Below, one piece after another: positions 63,776 to 64,000 of a stretch of 64,000 bases of DNA. The stretch covers positions 15,805-79,804 of the forward strand of contig SVIA01000001.1 in assembly GCA_015055535.1 (NCBI GenBank). The letters are read 5' to 3'. The position numbers and the translations under genes were made by a program. Within the stretch, counting starts at the first letter, position 1. Each line of letters opens with the position of its first letter. The stretch comes from Clostridiales bacterium (GTDB lineage Bacteria; Bacillota; Clostridia; Christensenellales; UBA1242). A model generated the notes under the pieces. The model did not search any database and was not told where the DNA came from. It was given only the letters and a program-made list of their open reading frames with translations.

Positions 63776-64000
63776 TTAAACATCTATTCTCGCTTTCGGA
63801 GTTAATGTTAAATCAGCCAAATTTTCGTTATACAAAAAGTTGTAATAACCACTACTTGCTATCATTGCCGCATTATCGGTACATAAACTTATCTTTGGAA
63901 AATAAACCTTTAAATTTTCCTTGCTTGCTTTATTAGTTAAATTATCTCTTAAATAACTGTTTGCACTTACTCCACCAGCTATAACAATATTTTTGTAATC
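63776..64000 (-). CDS. tsaD: tRNA N6-threonylcarbamoyladenosine synthase TsaD, C-terminal 74 aa (5' end outside the window)
   Basis: Open frame from the window edge: DYKNIVIAGGVSANSYLRDNL...KISLCTDNAAMIASSGYY...TLTPKARIDV*. GGV.AN and CTDNAAMIA are TsaD/Kae1 hallmarks. Confidence 0.8.
   Translation of the reverse strand, partial: DYKNIVIAGGVSANSYLRDNLTNKASKENLKVYFPKISLCTDNAAMIASSGYYNFLYNENLADLTLTPKARIDV

Noticed and set aside
1-64000. Mycoplasma/Spiroplasma genetic code (table 4, UGA read as Trp), suggested by the very low G+C.
   Set aside because: All conserved Trp positions checked (EF-G, RpoB/C, LysRS) are TGG. Long ORFs are intact under table 11. prfB (RF2) is present with a UGA-dependent frameshift site.

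Overview
Very AT-rich bacterial chromosome segment, roughly 25-30% G+C by eye. It uses the standard code with UGA as a stop: Trp is always TGG, and prfB carries the classical CUU-UGA +1 frameshift site. AGGAG-type Shine-Dalgarno sites and TTGACA/TATAAT promoters are common. I infer a Firmicutes/Mollicutes-like lineage (Acholeplasma-, Erysipelotrichia- or RF39-like); this cannot be proven from the window.

Core genes:
- rpoB-rpoC and rpsL-rpsG-fusA-tuf
- prfB, partial tsaD and partial sodC
- archaeal-type class I lysS and a ttcA-like PP-loop ATPase
- a LOG-family protein
- tRNA-Asn(GTT) and tRNA-Arg(CCT)

Dominant feature: a two-gene minus-strand operon (22282-51956, 46% of the window) encodes paralogous giant lipoproteins of 6344 and 3487 aa.
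- Both are built from bacterial Ig-like beta-sandwich arrays alternating with repeated GLUG-motif beta-helix cassettes.
- The operon sits directly upstream of rpoB.
- A GC-rich structured RNA lies between the two genes.
- A strongly cationic Trp-rich amphipathic segment plus a hydrophobic segment is embedded near residue 5300 of the larger protein.

Other accessory content:
- A 5.6-kb island splits rpoC from rpsL. It carries two divergent GT4 glycosyltransferases, a HicB-like orphan, and a TasA/camelysin-type N-terminus fused to BspA-type LRRs. That fusion gene's promoter is overlaid by three 16-bp operator palindromes next to an XRE regulator.
- A tandem triplet of small paralogous genes, one of them frameshifted.
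- An AsnRS/AspRS-like class II synthetase paralog with a degenerate motif 2, tightly coupled to an asparaginase/GatD-like gene.
- A SpoIIID-like regulator.

I saw no CRISPR array, rRNA, transposase or integrase.
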